From an uncultured delta proteobacterium (GTDB lineage: Bacteria > Myxococcota_A > Polyangia > Haliangiales > Haliangiaceae), in contig CAWKDB010000010.1 of assembly GCA_963848295.1 (NCBI GenBank), forward strand, positions 3,776,001 through 3,840,000: a stretch of DNA of 64,000 nucleotides, given 5' to 3'. The notes beneath the pieces were generated by a model. That model ran no database searches and was not told the origin of the DNA. It saw only the letters and a list, made by a program, of their open reading frames with translations. Shown here piece after piece: positions 10,894 to 21,100 of the stretch. The translations under genes were made by a program, and so were the position numbers. Numbering within the stretch: the first letter of the stretch is position 1; the number at the start of each line of letters is the position of its first letter.

Positions 10894-12882
10894 TCAGCGC
10901 GCCGAGCGCAGGCGCTTGAGCGTCGACAGCAACTGTTCGCGCGTGACCAGGTCGAGGACCTCGAGCCCATCGCCGGTCGACCGAAAGATCAAGCGGTGGT
11001 GGATCCCGACCCGCGCCATCAGGACTTGCGTCGTCATGTCCTTCGCCTGCTTGACCCGACCCCACGCGAAGCCATCGCCGGCGGCGAGCGTGCCGATCGT
11101 GCGCATCGCCTCGGATGCGACCGCCGCGGGCACGCTGGCGAGAGAGTCGGTCGCGCGGCGCTCGAATCTCGGGATCGCGATGCCGCGGGCGCGGGGATCG
11201 AGGTCGTCGCCGTCGTCGCTATCGACGACCTCGGGCGCGGGCCGGGCAGGGCGCGGCGCTTCGCTCGTCGCCGCGTGGGCGCCGGCGAGCTGGCGGCGGA
11301 GCTCGCGACGCTCGGCGTTGCCTTCGCGGATCATCGCCTCGAGCGTCGAGACTTTGCCCTCGAGCACGCTGTCGTCCTTGTCCTTGCCTCGCGCGAGCTC
11401 GGCCGCGGGGCGAGTCCGGGCATCTTCGAGCTGAGCGCGAGTAGCGGCGAGTGAACGCTCGAGCTCGTCGGCGCGCGCGGCCGAAGCATGCAGAGACGAT
11501 CGCAGCTCGCCGGCCTCCTCGGACTCACCGGGTTTCGCGGCGCGGCGAGCGTCGAGCTTGTCGAGCACGTCCCACGCCGGATCGGTCGGCGGCAAGTTCA
11601 TACGATCGCGCGCGTCCTCGACGAAGTTGAGCAGCAGCTCCGCGGTCTCGACCGGCACGGCTCCGAGCAACGACCGCGCGACGACGATGCCGAGCCCGGG
11701 CGCGGTGCGCAGCAACGACGCGACATGCTCGACGAGGGTCTCGTGGCCGGGATCGACTGCGATCTCGTCCATCAGTGCGGCGACGCCGGGCCATGCGTCG
11801 GGAGAGTCTTCGACGATCGCGAGCTCGAGGTTCCACAGCGGCGCGAGCGAGTCGGGCAGGCGCGCGACTTGACGCCGCGCGCGATCGATGTCCGCACTCG
11901 CGAGCAGGCCGTCGACGAGATCGTCGCGCAGCTCGTCGACGATCGGATCCGGCGCATCGCCGAACGCCGCGAGTGCGCGCTCGGCGTGGTCGAACCGACG
12001 CGCCGCGATGAACCGGCCGCACGCCGCGGCGCGCGCCTCGTGGCCGAGTCGAGCCGGATCGACGGTCGCGAGATCGCGCAACGCGAGGGTGTCGACATGC
12101 GCGGCGGTCATCTGACCGGCGCTCGCGCCGAGAAAATCGTCCCACGACACGCCGGGGATCGGCGACGGCGTGACCTGCGGCTTGTCCGCGCAGCACTTCT
12201 TGTACTTCAGCCCGCTGCCGCACGAGCACGGATCGTTGCGGCCGATTTCTTTGCTGCTGCGTACCGTGAAACCGGTCGCGCGCACCGTTTCGATCTCGGC
12301 CGGCAACGACGCGATCGCCTCGGCGGCCGACATCGCGAGAGCGCGCTCGTCGGCGGCGATCTGCTTGCTGTACTCCTTGACCAGCGGCGCGAGGTGCTTC
12401 GTCGCCGCGGTCACGTTCGGATCGGCGATCGCCGCGGCGATCTTGCCGAGTAGCGCGTAGCCTTCGACCGACACGGAGCGCGACGCGAGCCGGCGCAGCT
12501 CCGGAATCAGCCGTTCGACCGGCGCGCCACCTCGCCACGCCGCAAACACCGCGATCACCTCGAGATCGAGCGCCTCGGGGGTCGCCGGGAACCGGCGGAG
12601 CTCGACCGCTTCGAGCAGCTCGAGCCGATTGCCGCTCGCGATCGCGATCAGCGCTTCGGCGATCGGCACGAGCTCGAGCCCGGGCAAGATCTCGGCGATC
12701 ACCGCGATCGGCACGGCCTCACCTCGCTTCGCGCGCGCGAACGCGATCAGGGCCGCGCGTTCGAAGTCACAGCGCGCCAGCTCCGCCGAGATGGCTGCGA
12801 GCGACACGTCGGCGACACCGTCGAGCTGCGCTCGCGAGATGCATTCGCCGATCAGGGCGCGATTCGCTCGCGCGTCCGCCAT
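10894..12882 (-). CDS. SEC-C motif protein with helical region, coiled coil and C-terminal RelE/ParE-like domain
   Basis: GRNDPCSCGSGLKYKKCC SEC-C motif; coiled coil near C-terminus; last ~95 aa resemble the RelE/ParE fold. Confidence 0.8.
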   Translation of the reverse strand: MADARANRALIGECISRAQLDGVADVSLAAISAELARCDFERAALIAFARAKRGEAVPIAVIAEILPGLELVPIAEALIAIASGNRLELLEAVELRRFPATPEALDLEVIAVFAAWRGGAPVERLIPELRRLASRSVSVEGYALLGKIAAAIADPNVTAATKHLAPLVKEYSKQIAADERALAMSAAEAIASLPAEIETVRATGFTVRSSKEIGRNDPCSCGSGLKYKKCCADKPQVTPSPIPGVSWDDFLGASAGQMTAAHVDTLALRDLATVDPARLGHEARAAACGRFIAARRFDHAERALAAFGDAPDPIVDELRDDLVDGLLASADIDRARRQVARLPDSLAPLWNLELAIVEDSPDAWPGVAALMDEIAVDPGHETLVEHVASLLRTAPGLGIVVARSLLGAVPVETAELLLNFVEDARDRMNLPPTDPAWDVLDKLDARRAAKPGESEEAGELRSSLHASAARADELERSLAATRAQLEDARTRPAAELARGKDKDDSVLEGKVSTLEAMIREGNAERRELRRQLAGAHAATSEAPRPARPAPEVVDSDDGDDLDPRARGIAIPRFERRATDSLASVPAAVASEAMRTIGTLAAGDGFAWGRVKQAKDMTTQVLMARVGIHHRLIFRSTGDGLEVLDLVTREQLLSTLKRLRSAR

Positions 12883-12890
12883 GGCGCAGG

Positions 12891-13775
12891 CTACTTCGTC
12901 AGGACGACGTAAGCGAGCACGCCGATCGCCGCGATCAGCACCGCGATCAGCACGTAGACCAGCGCGTTGCTTCGGCCGGTGATGACTGGCGTTCCGCCCG
13001 TGTTCGCGAACCCCATCGCTTGGCTGGTGCTCATCCGCATCGCGCTGAGCGAGCCCGGAGGCGCGCTCGGCTGCTTCGCAGACAGCGTGGGCCGGCTCGG
13101 CGGCTTGCTCGGGCTCGGAGCGGGCGATGGTGCGCTCTGGCGTTGGATCGATGGCAGCGACGGTACGCTCGGCTTACCGCCTGGCGCAGCGATCGCAGGC
13201 TGGCTCTGCCGCGACTTGATCTTCGACTTGGCCTCGCCGCCGGCGTCGCGCAGATCGCGCACCGCGCCGTTGATCTTGTCGGGTTCGGCGAGCTTCCTTT
13301 GGTTCGATAGGAAGGCGAAGTACGAGTCCGGCATGTCGTCGAAGTCCATGACCAGATCGCATTCGTCACAGCGGCAGGTCGGCGGCTCGTGCGGCGCGCT
13401 GCCCATGTCGCTCGCTTCGACGAGCAACACCTTCTCCTCGTCGCACTCCGGGCAGAAGTACGGGACGTAGAAGCTCTTGACGACGCCGCTGCCCGTGAAG
13501 TTATTGACGAGGTTGATCTGCGCGACGATCGCCGGGGAGCACTCGACCAGCACCGACCGCGTACCGTTGGTCTCGAGCCGATTGAGCCAGTTGACCCAAT
13601 CGCGCACGCCGCACGAGTTGATGCGCTCGATCTCGCCGAGGTCGATCACCGCGGTGCCGGTCGGGATCTTATCGACGAGCTCACCGAGCTCGTTGTCCTC
13701 GTCGATGACGCCCGAGAGCTTGACGTAGCTCACGTCGCCGCGATGCTGGATGTTGCCTTGGAACTTTTGAATCAT
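12891..13775 (-). CDS. STAS-like (anti-anti-sigma) domain + Zn ribbon + Pro-rich linker + C-terminal TM anchor
   Basis: [30 protein letters not shown] pattern; CPEC..CRCDEC; C-terminal hydrophobic helix. Confidence 0.75.
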   Translation of the reverse strand: MIQKFQGNIQHRGDVSYVKLSGVIDEDNELGELVDKIPTGTAVIDLGEIERINSCGVRDWVNWLNRLETNGTRSVLVECSPAIVAQINLVNNFTGSGVVKSFYVPYFCPECDEEKVLLVEASDMGSAPHEPPTCRCDECDLVMDFDDMPDSYFAFLSNQRKLAEPDKINGAVRDLRDAGGEAKSKIKSRQSQPAIAAPGGKPSVPSLPSIQRQSAPSPAPSPSKPPSRPTLSAKQPSAPPGSLSAMRMSTSQAMGFANTGGTPVITGRSNALVYVLIAVLIAAIGVLAYVVLTK

Positions 13776-13906
13776 CGCGCGCCTGCCGCGTAACGGCGGT
13801 ATCGTCGATTACAGCACAACGTCATAACCTGCCGCATGACTGTAGCCGGGAGATCGGAATCGATCCAGTAAGGTTCGGTGGGTAACGCTCCCACATGACC
13901 GATCGG

Positions 13907-16900
13907 TCAGCTCCGAAGCGTCGGCATCGTCAGCGTATCGCGCAGGAGCTGGTAGTCGTCGCTGAGATAGAACCTCACGAGATCGGGACCACCCAGCACC
14001 GCGCCGAGCGCGACGGTTTCATCGTGACCGGCGGGACGTTCGCCCGATAGGCGCGCGACCATCCACACCGCGGCGGCGAAGTCATCGCACGCGACGAGAC
14101 CAGCGCGCTTCGCGCATGCGAGCATGCCGTCGATCCACGCACCGGCGTCGAGATCTTTGGCACCGGCGTGGCGCTCGATCATCTTGAGCGCGCGCGGCGA
14201 GGCGCCGTGGATCAGCTCGGCGGCGAACCCGTTCGGCTCGGCATCGCCGGCGACGAGATCACGCAGCAGTTGCGCGAGTTGGTGGCGCGAGCGAGCACCG
14301 AGCTGGAGCAACGCGGCATAGCCGCCGCGGATCGCCTCGAACGCATAGCCGAACAAGAACCGGAGCGCGAGCTCGTGCTCGTCGAGCAGCGTGCGATCGA
14401 TCACGACGAGTCGCCGCGGGAATGCGGTCGCGGCTGCGAGGCCGGGGACCTTCTCGCCGACGAACACGTCCGCATCGGTGTTGAACAAGCCGGCGATCTC
14501 CGCGATGACTTGGCGCAGGCGCTGATCGCCGAACGTCGCCGCCGGCTTGAGATTTTCGCCGAGCGAGGGTTGAGAGACGTGCGCGCTGAGTTGTTCGGCC
14601 AGGGCGGTCCACACATCGCCGAGCGGTGCGCGCGCAGCGGGAGTCGACAACACGCGGTTGCGGTGGTCGTCGTCGAGCGAGCGCCGCAGCGGTGCGAGGT
14701 GGCGAAGCGCGCGCAGGCGCTGCATCGTGTTGCGGTCCGAGTCTTCGGCAAAGCCGAGCAGGTCGAGCGCGGTCAGCACGCGAGTCGCACGCTCGGTGTC
14801 GCCGGTCCGGTTGTAGAACGACGCGAGCAGTCGATAAGCGGGCGCGTGGTGGATGTCCCGATCGAGCACTTTGCGCAGCTCGCCGATCGCGCGCTGCGGG
14901 TCGTCAACCGCATAGATCTCGGCGAGCGCGACGCGATCGCTCGCGCCGTCGGGCTCGACGTTCAGGATGCCGCGGTACGCCTCGATCGCGGCCGGGCGAT
15001 CGCCGGACGCGAGCAAGATCCGCGCGAGCCCGCGCTGCAGCGGCACGGCGGCACGAGGCCCACCTTGCGCCATCGCAGCGTGCGCCGCCTCGATCAGCAG
15101 CGTCTCCGCTTGCCGTTGATCGCCGGCGTCGGCGGCGCGGCGGGCAAGGACCAGCGCGGGCGGCGCGTAACCGGGGTCGTATTCGATCGCGCGGCGATAC
15201 TGCGGTGCGGCGGCGCGCGCCTCGCCGGACGCGTCGAGGATCCGGCCTTTGTAATAGTAATAGCGGGCGAGCGCCTCCGGCGACAATGGCTGGCCCGGCG
15301 CGGTCGCGAGCTCGATCACGCGATCGATCGCCGCGCGCGCCTCGGCGAATCGGCCGATCAGAAAGAACTGCTGCGCCATCGAGTAGTGCGCGTCTTGATG
15401 CCCGGGCTCGAGCTGCAGCACGGTGTCGAGCACCGCGATCGCGCGCGTCGCATCCATCTCGCCGTCGGCGTGGATCGCGGCTTGGCGCATCAACGCGGTG
15501 AGCCGATCGTCGGGCGAGCTGCCCGCGTAGGTCACGAACAGCTGGATCGCATCGACCGCTTCGCGCCAGTGCCGCATGTCGGCGTGAAAGTCGACGAGCG
15601 CGGACAGCACCGTACCGTCGGTCGGCGCGAGCTCGAGCGCTTGGCGATAGAGGCCCGCGGCCTGATCGAGATCTCCGTCGCGTTCGAACACCGCGGCGCG
15701 ACCGACGTAGACGCGCGCGATCAGCGCGCTCGCATCATCGCGCTTCTTGTAGACCTTCTCGAGCTCGCGGTACGTAGCGTCGAAATCCCAGGCGTCCGGA
15801 CGTTCGCGCGCGAGCACGCCGAGGTCGTCGAGTGCGGCGGTGTTCGTCGGCTTGACCTCGAGCGCGACGACCAAGCTGTCGGCCGCGGCTTTCCAATCGC
15901 CGGTCATCTTCGCGACGACGCCGCGCTTGCGATAGAAGTCACTGCGCGTCGTCGGATCGCCTTCGCGCATCGCCTTCTGCGCGAGTGCGGACGCGAGCGC
16001 CTGCGCCTTGTCCCACGCGCCTTCTTCGAAGAAGTGGTCGAACAGCGCCTGGTTCGCCGGCAGGCACTCGGGGTCGACGCTCAACGCGCTGTCGTAGTAG
16101 GTCATCCCGCGCTCGGGATCGCCGAGTTGGTGCTCGTAGATCCGGCCGATCTGAGCGAACACGCCGGCGCGCTCCTTGTCGTCGGACCACAGCTTGACCT
16201 CCATCTCGAGCGTCTCGATCACGCGCGGCCACTCCTCGCGCCGGCGGTAGAGGTCGCGCAAGCCGTGGACCGCAGGCAAGCACGACGACGACGTCTTGAT
16301 CGCCGCGTCGTAATAGCGAATCGCGTCTTGCTCGCGGCCGAACTTCGCTTCCATCACCGAGCCGCACTTGAAGTAGAGCAGCGACTTCGTGTTGCGATCG
16401 TTCGTGACCTTGATCAGGCGGCGGGTGACGTCGATCAGCTCGGCCCACTGCTCGGTCGATTCGTAGATCCGACCGAGCGCGTCGAGCGCGTCGCGGTTGT
16501 CCGGTTGGAGCTCGAGCACTTTCTGGTAGTGCTCGGTGGCGGTGGCAACGTCGCGCGCGCCCTCTTCCGAAGCTCGCGCGATCTTCTTGAGCAGCTCGAT
16601 CGTCTCTTCGCCGTTCTGCGCGGCCTGCAGGCGCATCTTCAGCACGTCGATCAGGCCGGTCGCGTCGTCTTGATCCTCGTAGTAGCGCTCGAGCTCGATC
16701 GCCGCCGCGCGATCGGCCGGGTCGAGAGCGAGCAGCTTGCGCGACAGCTGCATCGTGTGGCGATGATCGCTGCCGTGCTCGGCGACGATCTTGACGGCCG
16801 CGCGCAACGCCTCGGCCTTCTTGGCCGGGTCGCGCTGCAGGTCGGCGCGGTGCTCCCACGCCGCGATCAGCGGCTGCCAATCGCGGCGCCGCGCGCACAG

Positions 16901-19900
16901 GTCCTCGAGGACCTTGACCGCGGCCGCAGGCGTCGAGTCGACCTCGACGACCTTCTGGTACGACGCCGTCGCCGCTTCGAGCTGGCCCAGGAAGCTGAGC
17001 TGGACGTTGCCGCGGCGCGAGTACAGGTCGCCGAGGCGATACGCGCGACTCGTGCCGCTCTCGACGTGGAGGATCGCGGTGTCGTAGAGCTGCATCGCCG
17101 CGGCCCAGCGTTCGGCCTTGTAGCAGACCCGCTCCATCGCGGTGAACGTCTCGCGGTTCGTCGGATCGGCGTCGAACGCGGCGGTGTATGCGGCGAGCGC
17201 GCCGTCGACATCGTTGCGAGCTTGGCGGAGCATCGCGACTCGCGTGAACAGCGCGGCGCGATCGGCTCCCACGGTCGTCGCTTCGGCCCGCGCCTCGAGG
17301 ATCCTCGCGAGCTCGCGGTCGCGGCCGAGGGTCTCGTAGAGCTTCTCGAGTGCCGCGATCGCGGTGGCGTGATGCGGCTCGTGCTCGAGCACGGCCTCGA
17401 AGGCCTGCGCTGCCTCGGCTGGTTTGTTCAGCTTGTCGGCGCGCAGCTCGCCGAGCTCGAGGAGCACCTCGAGCTGGCGCGCGACCGCGTCGGGCTTGAT
17501 CGTCGGTAGCTCGCGCTCGAGCGCAGCGGCTAGCTCGAGCCAGCGCTGACCGCTGCGCAAGAGCCGAACGAGCGTCTGTTGCCGCGCCTCGTCGAGCGTC
17601 GTCGACTGCGCGACCTGCAGCGCGCGGATCGCGGCATCGCTGTCGCCGAGCTCTTGCTCGTAGAGCTTCGCGAGCTCGGCCGCGCGCGCGGATTTCTCGG
17701 ACGGCGAGCTCGCGCTCTCGAGTTGACGCCGGCGAACCTCGGCGAGCTCGGACCACTCGGCGATCTTCTCGAGCGCCTGGGCGAGCACGTCGAGGTTGCG
17801 AGGGGTTGGCGACGCACCGCGGAATGCGCGCGCGAGCTCGTCCCACAGCCCGAGGGCGCGCGCCGGCGCTTCGATCCCGGCGAGCGCTTCGACGTGATCG
17901 CGCTCGACTTCGAGAATGTCGAGGTAAGCGCCGACGACGTGCTCGGGCTCGATGCCGAGCGCGGTGAGCAGCCGGGCTTGATCGAGTTGCAGTTGCATGC
18001 GGCGCTCGAGCGGCGGATCGGTGGCGAGCTCGCCGCGCACCACGCCGAGCGCGAGATCGAGCCGCCCGGTGTCGCGATAGATCCGGATCCGCTGGTGCGC
18101 GACGTCCGTACGCTTCGGATTCGCGGTCGCCGCTTGTTCGAGCGCTGCGAGGGCCGACTCGTGCGCGCCTCGGCGCTCCTCGCGCAGCGCGATCTCGACC
18201 CAGATGTCGGCGCGCTGATCGGACGTGGTCGCGAGCGCCGCGGCGCGCTTGCGCAGCTCGAGCGAGCGCTCCCATTGCGAGTCGCGTTCGAGCAGCTTCG
18301 CGAACGCGAGCATCGCGTCGCCATCGTCGGGCTGATCGGCGATCATGCGCTCGAACGCGACGCGCGCACCGGCCGGGTCCCCGAGGTGCTCGTCGAGCAA
18401 TTCGGCGGCTTCGCGCGCAGCCGCGGCGCGGCCCTCGCGGCTCGTCAGCGTGGTCGACAGCTCGTCGAGCACGCGCGCGAGCAGATCGTAGTGCTTGCCA
18501 GCGCGATAGACCGCGGCGAGCGCGGCGCGACAGAATGGATCTTTCGGGTCGAGCTCCGCGGCGCGCTTGAGCGAATCCTCGGCCTCGACGAAGTCGCCGC
18601 GCACGAGATCGACGATGCCTCGTGCGCACGCGAGTGCCGACGCGGCTCGCGGATCGGTCTCGGTCGTCGCCCACTCGGCGTACGCGGCCGCGAGCGCGTC
18701 ATCGTCGCCCGCGCGCAACAACCGGACGACATGATCGCGCTCGGTGCCGAGCTGATCGCCGGCTCGGCGCCACAGCTCGAGCGCGCGCGGCACGTCACCG
18801 GTGCGTTCGGCGAGCACCGCGGCCCAGCGCAGCGCACCACCTCCGCGCGTCTCGAACCGCGCCGCGGTCGAGCTCGTCGGCGCGCTGCGGTCGAGCATAT
18901 CGAGCCAGCGCTCGGCGACCGGGCTCCGGGTGCGCCCGGCCACCGTCATCGCGAGCTCTCGCAACACCGGCACCGGCGCGTCGCTCGCCGCGGCGAGCTC
19001 GAGGGCGCGCCACGCGTGTGCGGTCGCGACCTCGACGCAGCTGTCGTCGATGATCTTGCGCCGCGCGGCGAGCTCGGTCGCGCGATCACCGGCCGCCGCG
19101 GCAGCCCACATCGCGCCGAGCGTCGCGATCCGGCGTGCAGCGGCGAGCTGCGCGGCGGCCGGATCGTCGGCGAGCTCGAGCCAGCGCGCCGCGGCGTCGG
19201 CGTGAGCACCGCGGTGATCGAGCTCACCGGCGATCGCGTGACGCGTCGCGAGCAACTCGAGTCCGCCGCCCGCACGCGACTCGATCAGTCGCGCGCGCTG
19301 CTCGAGCAGTTGCGACCGCCGCGGATCGCCTAGCCGAGCCGCCGCACACAACGCGATGTCGATCGCTCTAAGCACGCCGAGCGGGTCATCCGCGCTGGGA
19401 TCGCGCTGGAGCGCCGTCCAGCACATCGCGAGCGCCGCCGCGGGATCGTTGCCGCGATCGAGCACGAGGGCCGCGGTCGCGGCGACCTCGTCGAGCGGGG
19501 CCGTCGCGATCGATGCGCGGCGGAGCTCGATCACGCGTTGCCATTCTCCCGCGGCTGCATGGGCGAGCAGGGCGAGCTCGACCGCGTGGGGTCGCCAGGG
19601 TTCGTGGCCCGGGGTCGCTAGCGCGCGATCGGCGAGCGCGCCGGCGAGGTCCGGCCGATCGTGCCGCCACAGCCAGGCCTCGGCGACGTCGAGCACGAGC
19701 GTCGCGGTCGCGGGCGATGGGCTCGCTTCGAGTCGGGCCTGGACCGCGGCGAGGGCAGCGGGCTCGCCCGAGCTCAGCGCCGCGGACAGCCGCAACCGTG
19801 GCGCGAGCGGATGTTGTTCCGCGAGCTCGAGCACGCGCATCGCTTCGTCGGGCTCGCCGAGTGCATCCCAGCTGGCGAGCGCGGTTCGCACGTTGAGATC

Positions 19901-20155
19901 GGCGAGCCGGCCGTCCGCGTCATCGCCGACCAGCAGCGCCTCGGCCTCGGTCGCGACGAGGTCGAGCATACGCTCGACCAGCTGGCCGGCATCGGGAGCT
20001 TCGAGGTTGCGCGTGACCTCAGAGAGATCCGCACTCGACGCCGGAACGGGCGCGATATCCGTGTTCGCAGCCGGGGGGGCGACCGGAGCGCGCGCGGATG
20101 GGATCGGCGGAGGACGGTTGACCGTCGACCGTCGGATCGGGGGCGGATCCGCCAT
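13907..20155 (-). CDS. Giant TPR-repeat protein (2082 aa), reminiscent of myxobacterial AgmK-type proteins
   Basis: Dozens of TPR-like repeats (YQKVLELQPDNRDALDALGRIYE, AIRYYDAAIK); no signal peptide. Confidence 0.85.
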   Translation of the reverse strand: MADPPPIRRSTVNRPPPIPSARAPVAPPAANTDIAPVPASSADLSEVTRNLEAPDAGQLVERMLDLVATEAEALLVGDDADGRLADLNVRTALASWDALGEPDEAMRVLELAEQHPLAPRLRLSAALSSGEPAALAAVQARLEASPSPATATLVLDVAEAWLWRHDRPDLAGALADRALATPGHEPWRPHAVELALLAHAAAGEWQRVIELRRASIATAPLDEVAATAALVLDRGNDPAAALAMCWTALQRDPSADDPLGVLRAIDIALCAAARLGDPRRSQLLEQRARLIESRAGGGLELLATRHAIAGELDHRGAHADAAARWLELADDPAAAQLAAARRIATLGAMWAAAAAGDRATELAARRKIIDDSCVEVATAHAWRALELAAASDAPVPVLRELAMTVAGRTRSPVAERWLDMLDRSAPTSSTAARFETRGGGALRWAAVLAERTGDVPRALELWRRAGDQLGTERDHVVRLLRAGDDDALAAAYAEWATTETDPRAASALACARGIVDLVRGDFVEAEDSLKRAAELDPKDPFCRAALAAVYRAGKHYDLLARVLDELSTTLTSREGRAAAAREAAELLDEHLGDPAGARVAFERMIADQPDDGDAMLAFAKLLERDSQWERSLELRKRAAALATTSDQRADIWVEIALREERRGAHESALAALEQAATANPKRTDVAHQRIRIYRDTGRLDLALGVVRGELATDPPLERRMQLQLDQARLLTALGIEPEHVVGAYLDILEVERDHVEALAGIEAPARALGLWDELARAFRGASPTPRNLDVLAQALEKIAEWSELAEVRRRQLESASSPSEKSARAAELAKLYEQELGDSDAAIRALQVAQSTTLDEARQQTLVRLLRSGQRWLELAAALERELPTIKPDAVARQLEVLLELGELRADKLNKPAEAAQAFEAVLEHEPHHATAIAALEKLYETLGRDRELARILEARAEATTVGADRAALFTRVAMLRQARNDVDGALAAYTAAFDADPTNRETFTAMERVCYKAERWAAAMQLYDTAILHVESGTSRAYRLGDLYSRRGNVQLSFLGQLEAATASYQKVVEVDSTPAAAVKVLEDLCARRRDWQPLIAAWEHRADLQRDPAKKAEALRAAVKIVAEHGSDHRHTMQLSRKLLALDPADRAAAIELERYYEDQDDATGLIDVLKMRLQAAQNGEETIELLKKIARASEEGARDVATATEHYQKVLELQPDNRDALDALGRIYESTEQWAELIDVTRRLIKVTNDRNTKSLLYFKCGSVMEAKFGREQDAIRYYDAAIKTSSSCLPAVHGLRDLYRRREEWPRVIETLEMEVKLWSDDKERAGVFAQIGRIYEHQLGDPERGMTYYDSALSVDPECLPANQALFDHFFEEGAWDKAQALASALAQKAMREGDPTTRSDFYRKRGVVAKMTGDWKAAADSLVVALEVKPTNTAALDDLGVLARERPDAWDFDATYRELEKVYKKRDDASALIARVYVGRAAVFERDGDLDQAAGLYRQALELAPTDGTVLSALVDFHADMRHWREAVDAIQLFVTYAGSSPDDRLTALMRQAAIHADGEMDATRAIAVLDTVLQLEPGHQDAHYSMAQQFFLIGRFAEARAAIDRVIELATAPGQPLSPEALARYYYYKGRILDASGEARAAAPQYRRAIEYDPGYAPPALVLARRAADAGDQRQAETLLIEAAHAAMAQGGPRAAVPLQRGLARILLASGDRPAAIEAYRGILNVEPDGASDRVALAEIYAVDDPQRAIGELRKVLDRDIHHAPAYRLLASFYNRTGDTERATRVLTALDLLGFAEDSDRNTMQRLRALRHLAPLRRSLDDDHRNRVLSTPAARAPLGDVWTALAEQLSAHVSQPSLGENLKPAATFGDQRLRQVIAEIAGLFNTDADVFVGEKVPGLAAATAFPRRLVVIDRTLLDEHELALRFLFGYAFEAIRGGYAALLQLGARSRHQLAQLLRDLVAGDAEPNGFAAELIHGASPRALKMIERHAGAKDLDAGAWIDGMLACAKRAGLVACDDFAAAVWMVARLSGERPAGHDETVALGAVLGGPDLVRFYLSDDYQLLRDTLTMPTLRS

Positions 20156-20214
20156 CTGGCGGCGATCGTATCAGGCTTGTAGCGGCCCGGCGCGTCGCGC
20201 TACCCTGCCACTCG

Positions 20215-21096
20215 ATGTCCCCCCGCGCGATCTGCGTGAGCCAAGATGCGGGGGTCCGCGGGGCGGTCGGTAACGCCTTGGCTGCCGCCGGGCTAACCGT
20301 CGAGCACCACACCGCGTTTCCGGCCGAGCCAAACGCCGACGGGCTGGCCCTCGTCGTGATCGATCGCGCGACCCGGCAAGCGATGGGCGACGCGTTGCGC
20401 ACGATGACCGCGCCGGTGGTCGTCGTCGGGGACCACCTCGACGACGATGCCCTGGTCGCGTTGATGCTCGAAGCGCCGGTCAGCCACCTCGTGGAAGATC
20501 CACGCGATCGCGACCTCGGGATCACGTCGCGCAAGCTCGTGTCTGGCGATCTGTTCGGGCTCGAGAAGTACGTCTCGGCAGGCGTCGAGATCCACGAGCG
20601 CACGGTCGTCAGCCACACCGACAAGCGCCTCGCGATGAGCGAGGTCTGCACCTGGGCCGAACAGGTCGGCGCGCGTCGTCCGGTCGTGCTGCGGATCGAG
20701 AGCGTCGTCGACGAGCTCGTGATGAACGCGTTGCACGACGCACCGAGCGCGGGCGAGCCGACGCGGCCGGCGGTCTTGCGCTGGGGGGCTGATGACCGGG
20801 TGCTCGCGCTGTCCGTGACCGACACGTTTGGCGCGATCCGCCAGCGCGACGTGATCGACCATGTCCGCCGGGCTCGCCGCGAAGGCGGCCGGCCTCAGAC
20901 CGATCGCGACGAGGCGGGCGAGCCACGGGGCGCGGGCTTGGGGCTCTATCTCGTGGTCGCGAACGTCGCCGCGTTGATCGTCAACGTCGATCCAGGGCGG
21001 CGCACCGAGATCGTCTGCCTGTTCGATCTGGCGCGAGTCGAGCACCGCGCGGTGACGGGTGCGGTGCGCTCGCTCCACGTGTTCGGCGCGGCGTGA
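20215..21096 (+). CDS. Degenerate receiver-like domain + RsbW/SpoIIAB-like GHKL ATPase/kinase
   Basis: N box DELVMNA, G1 VTDTFG, G2 GAGLGLYL; N-terminal alpha/beta domain LALVVID. Confidence 0.7.
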   Translation: MSPRAICVSQDAGVRGAVGNALAAAGLTVEHHTAFPAEPNADGLALVVIDRATRQAMGDALRTMTAPVVVVGDHLDDDALVALMLEAPVSHLVEDPRDRDLGITSRKLVSGDLFGLEKYVSAGVEIHERTVVSHTDKRLAMSEVCTWAEQVGARRPVVLRIESVVDELVMNALHDAPSAGEPTRPAVLRWGADDRVLALSVTDTFGAIRQRDVIDHVRRARREGGRPQTDRDEAGEPRGAGLGLYLVVANVAALIVNVDPGRRTEIVCLFDLARVEHRAVTGAVRSLHVFGAA

Positions 21097-21100
21097 CTCG

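Noticed and set aside
14168..19333. Very long alternative-frame or antisense ORFs (e.g. 14168-17509, 15939-18674, 17579-19333) and similar ones throughout
   Set aside because: Shadow ORFs expected from high-GC codon bias; Arg-rich and motif-free, overlapping well-supported genes
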